A DNA stretch of 63,966 bases, counting the filler, from Reclinomonas americana ATCC 50394 (Eukaryota): NCBI GenBank assembly GCA_048213135.1. It is 5 parts of 3 records of this genome, joined end to end, with 100 filler letters (N's around TTAATTAATTAA, not from the genome) between each part and the next. Parts side by side here need not be neighbours in the genome. Positions count along the whole stretch, not along the records: positions 52,522 to 59,478 come from PS015299.1; positions 59,579 to 63,966 come from PS015302.1; 3 more parts are not named here. One strand, 5' to 3'. A program made the translations under genes and the position numbers. This document shows positions 57,808 to 63,966 of the stretch, piece by piece. Under the pieces are notes generated by a model, which was given only the letters and a program-made list of their open reading frames with translations, ran no database searches and was not told the origin of the DNA. Every line of letters starts with the position of its first letter. The stretch's first letter is position 1.

Positions 57808-59253
57808 TCACCCACATGCTGCGCGCCGACCGTGTCCGACGCCGCCGCCAGACCCCGACGCGCCTCGGCCTTGCTCAGCAGGCTGCACGACGAGATGATG
57901 AGAGCTACATTTACAAATCAGCGCCGATATATTCAAAAGACGCACCTGAAACAAAGCGCCTTTGGACGCTCGGCAGACTTGCGCGTGATCTCCACCATGA
58001 CGCTGCGGGAAAATGATGAGATGCAATTGTGTGCACAGACCGTGGTGGATTGATGTACGCAACTGCATAAACGGAGACAGCACCTCGACCTCATCGGCCG
58101 CGAGCGTCAACTTCATCTGCCCCGTCTCCTCGACGTAGTCATACCGCGTGATCCACGCCATGTCCTCAATGAACACTTGGCCCTCCAACCCAAGATCCTC
58201 CGAGGCGACCTTGATGCTGCTCTTTCGCACCTCGCTGATAACCTGTCGAGCAAGGGTGTGAGCAACAAAACGTCACACAGAGAGGAAGTATCCAGGCGTG
58301 GACGCAACGAAAATGGCTCGCACAGGGCGAGTTCCCACCAGCAACCACAGGAACAGTTCGGAGCTCTCGTCCTGCGCACCGCGTGCACCCTGCTTCTTCT
58401 CGTTGGCATGGTCGGCAATCTGCATGCACGCACATATCAGCTTCATCGTCGCATACGTACGAACACACTCACTGCCTCCGCACCGCAGTGACTGTGGAGC
58501 AGGCAAACATGTTGGGCAATGGCCGTTCAACAGTGCACGCCAAGCTGTCTAGCGCCCACTGCAACATGCGATGTACGGTGACATCCGGGAACCTTTCCAA
58601 CATCTCACAAGTCAGACCACCACCCTCACCGGTTGCACATGCACACACACTCACCGACGAATGGGACTGGTGAAATGCGTGTAATACGGCACATTAAGCG
58701 CGTAGTGATGCCACTGATCCAGCGGCAGATCCTGCGTCGAAAAGTACAACGCCCGCTGCATCGTGCACGTCGCCAGGAGCTCGAGCACCATGGCGAGCGT
58801 CTTGGAACCGGTGGCGTCCTCACGGACGCGTTGCAGACTGCGATGCACTTCGCCGGCCGACTTTGCCGCGAACTCGATATGGCGATCTGCACAGAACTTC
58901 AGGAACTCGGCCATCTTTTTCGGATTCGGCGGAGCGTGTCGGCGCAAGAGTGCACTCTAACCGAGAAGCGATAAGTGTGTGCTGAGAGCGGCTCCGAACA
59001 TGATTTACAACACTCACCTCTCCCGCATGCTGCGAGATGAACTTGCCGACCAGCAGGTTGGCGGCCAACATATACTCCTCGACGAGCGAGTTGGCCTCGC
59101 GAATGTAGTACGGCTGCACGCTCAGCGGCATGTTGGTGGCGCGGTCCAAGGCAAAGTAGTACTTTTGGCGATTCAAACTCAGCGAGCCAGTTTCGTAGCG
59201 CAGCTTGCGACGCGCGGCCGCCACCTCGTGCATGAGGAGAATGTCGTCGCAGA
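57808..59253 (-). CDS. DIS3L2: RNB/RNase II-family 3'-5' exoribonuclease, DIS3L2-like (3' part; 5' exons lost at linker; exact stop uncertain)
   Basis: [76 protein letters not shown]...AQDESSELFL, and a C-terminal S1-like segment. Confidence 0.85.
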
Positions 59254-59578
59254 CCTGCGGCATGAAGGGAAAGGGAAGGGAGAGAGAGAAGGGGAGAGGG
59301 AGTGGGACGGAGAGAGAAGGAGAGGAGAGGGAGTGGGAGGGAGTGAGTGAGGAGGGAGAAGGAGGGAGAGAGAGAGAGACGAAGGGAGAGGGAGAGGGAG
59401 AGGCAGTGGGAGTGAATGAGTGAGGGAGAGGGAGAGAGAGAGGGAGAGAGAGAGGGAGAAGGAGAGGGAAAGGGAGATNNNNNNNNNNNNNNNNNNNNNN
59501 NNNNNNNNNNNNNNNNNNNNNNTTAATTAATTAANNNNNNNNNNNNNNNNNNNNNNNNNNNNNNNNNNNNNNNNNNNN

Positions 59579-61020
59579 CTGCGGACGGGGCGGGAGACGC
59601 ACCTTGATGCCAGGCTCGCCTCGTATCGCCATCCATCATGATCCACCGACTCGGCTGGTCGTGACTCATGCCATCACTGACGGCCTCGTACTCACTGCGG
59701 GCGGGCATTTGCGCGTGCTGCCGTGCTTGTGTGGCAGCAGCGGCGGCCGCAAATCGCTCGCTGGCCTGCGACGCCACTGTTGTCACCTGTTGCGAGAGTC
59801 GTCGATTCTCTTCGCGCAGTTGCATCACCAGCTGCTCACGTTCCTTGGCCTGCAACAGGATGAGTGCGTGTGCTGCTCGTTTTGCACACAGACATACAAC
59901 CGCACCTCGCCCGCCATCTCGGCCAAGTCGGAGCGCAGCTGATGATTGTGTCGTGCGATGCGGTCCAACTCCTCGCGCAGCACATGAACCTCCTTGGCCT
60001 GGTGCGAGCTCACGTCGGCATGATCGTACGCCTGCTTTGTCACAACTCGCAACGCCCTCGCTTTCTTCTCCGCCTGCGTTCCACAAGAGGGCTCACGGAA
60101 CTGAGCGCGTCGGCCACTCGAACAATACATACACACACACGCACACACGCACCGTGGCCTCCACCACCCGCGCACTCTCCTCGGCCCTGCGCCGGAGCTT
60201 GTCGTTGCGCATCGCCAACTCTCGAGTCTGCCGATATCTGTCCTTGGTCTCCTGCACCGTCGTCTCCAGTGTGCTCACGCGCTGCTTCAGCTCCGTCACC
60301 TGCTTCTCCAGCTCGCACTTCTCGGCACTGCATCGCCACGCAGCACAAGTCACACACTCGGGCGACGGAGAGGAGCGAATACAACAGGAGTGGAGCCTAC
60401 CTGATCGTGGCGAGCTTGGCCTGCTTCCGTTCGACCTTTTTCTCCGCATTCGCCGCCTTTTTCTGCACCTGCTGTTCGCGGCCACTCATCTCCGCCGCTT
60501 GCTTCTGCACCTCGGCAAAGCGCTTCCGCAGTTCCCCGTACGCCTGATCGGCCTCCCACAACCGCTGAGCGTCTTCTTGACTCTTTGTGGTTTGCGTTGT
60601 CAGTTTGGACGCGCCACCACATTACACGAGAGCAGTGCGCCACTCACCTGTGCCGTCAGTCGCTCCACTTCGGCTTGCAACTGGTGCTGCTCGGCCACCG
60701 AGGCCGCCAGCCGACCGTGACCCTCTTGAATGCGCACACTCATCGCCTGATCACACGTGAGAGTGAGAGTGGGGCAAACACACCAACAGAGCACAAGCGG
60801 GAAAGTCACGCACATTGGCCTGCACTGTCAGCTCCTCATGCTGCCGCTGCAACGAGCGATACTCGCGGGCCAGCACTGCTCATGCGATCAGACATAGAGG
60901 GAAAGAGTGAGACAGAAAAGAAGGCGCGCACTCACCCGACAGCTGCTCCGCCTTCTCCTCGTTCTCCTTTTGCGACACATCCAGCCGCTGTTGCAGCGAC
61001 AAGTACATCGGAATGGCCAT
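59579..61020 (-). CDS. Multi-exon coiled-coil protein of unknown function; 3' end lost at linker
   Basis: Exons MYLSLQQRLDVSQKENEEKAEQL, LAREYRSLQRQHEEL, AEKCELEKQVTELKQRVSTLE, AKEREQLVMQLREENRRL with GT-AG boundaries. Confidence 0.7.
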
Positions 61021-61108
61021 CGCTCACTACTCCTCTTTTCTCCTCCCGCGTAAAATCGCCTGTGTCAACGGTCACTCACACACACTTCATCACACACACA
61101 CGCACACA

Positions 61109-62837
61109 ATGAGCTCGAAACCGCGTCGCGTCTCCACCGGAGGCGCTTCCATGTCCAGTGCGCGTTCTGCCACGTCCTCTTCCACAACTACCACCACCAC
61201 CACCACAACCACCACAAGACGTCGTCCACAACAAGCCTCCTCCTCTGCGGCTGCTGCTGGTGCCTCTTCTCCTGCTCCTCCACCACCTCCTCCTCGTTCA
61301 CAAGCCGAGTCTGCGTCACACATTGCGGCCTCGCTCATTGTGCGTCACTCTCTCTCTGTGAGAGCAGAGAGTGAGCATCTATCTGACTGTCGCCACACAA
61401 CAGTGCGACAAGGCTCAGGAGCGATCACTGGAGAAGATCTATGACCTGGATCTGCGCGACTGCAAGCTGACCACGAGTCGAGGGCTGGAGAAGGTCTCCT
61501 TTTGCTGACTTGTCTCATCACTGGGGGGAGTTTCGACTCATATCAGCATCATCTGTGCAGTGTGTTCGTCTGAAGAAGCTCGACTTGTCGCACAACGAGC
61601 TGGAGGTGCTGGAGGGACTGCAGGAGTGCACTGATCTGCGCGAGTTGCGCGCCACTCGCAATCTGTTGCGCGCCTTGTCGGGCTTGGAAAAGTGCGCTGC
61701 TGCTGTCGTCGTCGTCGTCTGTCGGCTTGTCGGTGATGATGAGCACTCACACCGTGCACTCACAGATGCACCCGACTGACGGCACTGTATGTGGCGGATA
61801 ATCGCATCGCGGCGCTGGATGACAGCCTGCGTGCGTGCGAGACACTGACGACGCTGTCGATGCCAAACAACGTGTTGACGGCGTTGGATCAGCGATGGTT
61901 TGAGACGTTTAGGCCGGTGCTGCAGACGCTGGATATCTCGGGGAATGCGTTCGGCACTGGTGACACGGGTGGAGTGCTCAGATTACCGCGCAGTGGCTTC
62001 CCCGAGTTGCGGACGTTGCATGCCAACAACAATTCTGTCGGTGAAGTGCGTGGCTTGTCGGTGTTGCCGGCGTTGGAGGAGTTGCTGCTGCGGTACAACC
62101 GTCTGGTCTCCTTTGCCGGCGTCTCCAATCTCGACAAGTGTGAGCGGCTGACTCGTCTGGATCTCACCGGCAACCAGCTGGTGGGCATGGAGTTCTTTCC
62201 GCCGTCCATGCCGGCTCTGACGGAGCTGCTATTGGCGCGCAACAAGCTGGCCGGCAGTGTGCGTGAGGCGCTGCGTGTCATTGCTGCGGCATGTCCGAGA
62301 GTGGAGGTGTTGGAGTTAGATCGCAATCTGCTCGAGAGCGACGGTCTTGCGCCCTCGACCTACCTGCTGGAGCTGCAGCCGTTGGCGTCGCTCGCCGAGT
62401 TCTCGCTGTTTGAGAATCCGTGCATGGAGGTCGTCGACCCGGTGCAGTTTCGTGTGGGTGCGATGGAGAGCAGAGTGTTGTAAGGGTGTGCCGACATGCT
62501 GTGTTTGTCACAGGTTTGTGGAGACGGCCATGCTGTTGCTGCCGACGGTCGACACGATCGACAAGCTGCCCGTCCGTCCAATTGGTGATCAGCCGGCCGC
62601 GGCGCCCAACCAGGACTACGGCCTACAGCTCACCAGCCTCGATGAGTTGGAGCGGGAGCTGGAGTCGCTGATGCGTACAGATGGCGAGGGTTCATCGTCG
62701 ACACCACGCGCACAAGGCACCTCTCGGCGACCGCCAGTTGGGCGACCGGGCTCCGCCTCGGGTGGCCGTCCGGGCTCGGCGGCTGGTCTTCGCAGACCAC
62801 AGACACCGGGAACCAGTGTGCCGACCACAGCTTCAGG
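61109..62837 (+). CDS. Leucine-rich repeat protein (SDS22-like repeats plus LRR cap); continues on inverted segment 63438-63810
   Basis: LKKLDLSHNELEVLEGL, LRELRATRNLL, LQTLDISGN, LEELLLRYNRL, LTRLDLTGNQL, LEVLELDRNLL-like repeat, FSLFENP...LPTVDTID cap; ATG at 61109. Confidence 0.88.
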
Positions 62838-62838
62838 T

Positions 62839-62926
<88 letters not shown>
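62838..62926 (+). repeat. (GT)n microsatellite; its complement (CA)n at ~63862-63953 is probably the same intronic tract
   Basis: Directly visible at both contig ends. Confidence 0.9.
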
Positions 62927-62928
<2 letters not shown>

Positions 62929-63858
62929 TAACGTAACCGTAAGTAGTCGGTACGTACGTACGTACGTANNNNNNNNNNNNNNNNNNNNNNNNNNNNNNNN
63001 NNNNNNNNNNNNNNNNNNNNNNNNNNNNNNNNNNNNNNNNNNNNNNNNNNNNNNNNNNNNNNNNNNNNNNNNNNNNNNNNNNNNNNNNNNNNNNNNNNNN
63101 NNNNNNNNNNNNNNNNNNNNNNNNNNNNNNNNNNNNNNNNNNNNNNNNNNNNNNNNNNNNNNNNNNNNNNNNNNNNNNNNNNNNNNNNNNNNNNNNNNNN
63201 NNNNNNNNNNNNNNNNNNNNNNNNNNNNNNNNNNNNNNNNNNNNNNNNNNNNNNNNNNNNNNNNNNNNNNNNNNNNNNNNNNNNNNNNNNNNNNNNNNNN
63301 NNNNNNNNNNNNNNNNNNNNNNNNNNNNNNNNNNNNNNNNNNNNNNNNNNNNNNNNNNNNNNNNNNNNNNNNNNNNNNNNNNNNNNNNNNNNNNNNNNNN
63401 NNNNNNNNNNNNNNNNNNNNNNNNNNNNNNNNNNNNNAGTGTCGTGAGGAACGTGGTCGAACCGGGATCGGCAAGCGCAGCCACCTCCGACGAGGCGGCA
63501 GAGGGCGGTCGCACGCTGGCCTTGGACGACGGCGATCCGTCGGCAGACGACAGCGAGCGCACCGAATCCATGGCCTTGTCATTAATAACTGCACACGCAA
63601 AAGAATGAGGATGACGATCGAATGAAAGAAGAGTGTCAAACGCACTTGTGGCCTTCTTCTCCAGCGACTCAAACACTTCGAGGTAGCGATTGGTGATCGA
63701 ATCCATCTCCCGCCGCAGCTCCTTCACCGCCGACATGACAGCGTCGGTGGACACTGTTCGGTACACGTTGACTGGGCGCGAGTTGACAGCGCGTAGAATC
63801 GGTCGACCTACAACACCCATCAAATGAGCACACTGTGACACGTGCCATGTTTCGTATC

Positions 63859-63956
<98 letters not shown>

Positions 63957-63966
63957 ACGGTCGTCG

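Overview
Intron-rich, GC-rich eukaryotic (protist-like) draft genome. No prokaryotic features, CRISPR arrays or RNA genes were recognised, and most entries in the ORF track are artefacts of N-gaps and microsatellites. Manual splicing gives about 13 tightly packed genes: a hypothetical protein; a GH14 beta-amylase with an N-terminal hydrophobic extension; a Zn-knuckle/calpain/EF-hand pseudo-protease; a large acylated low-complexity protein; a mitochondrial PPR protein; an RGP1-like protein; an acylated LCIB/theta-carbonic-anhydrase-like protein; the NAD-IDH catalytic subunit; an ankyrin-ARM-EDR1-kinase fusion; a giant tandem-repeat coiled-coil protein; a DIS3L2-like RNase; a small coiled-coil protein; and an LRR protein. 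There is also a decayed non-LTR retrotransposon endonuclease remnant. The most striking signal is a frequent class of atypical 5' splice sites (GTTGCGT/GTTGAGT/GTTTCGT, 19 cases, never after an exonic G) that look like the normal donors shifted by one base. The assembly has artificial TTAATTAATTAA linkers and several apparently inverted small contigs. All gene models are hand-spliced without transcript evidence, so termini are approximate.
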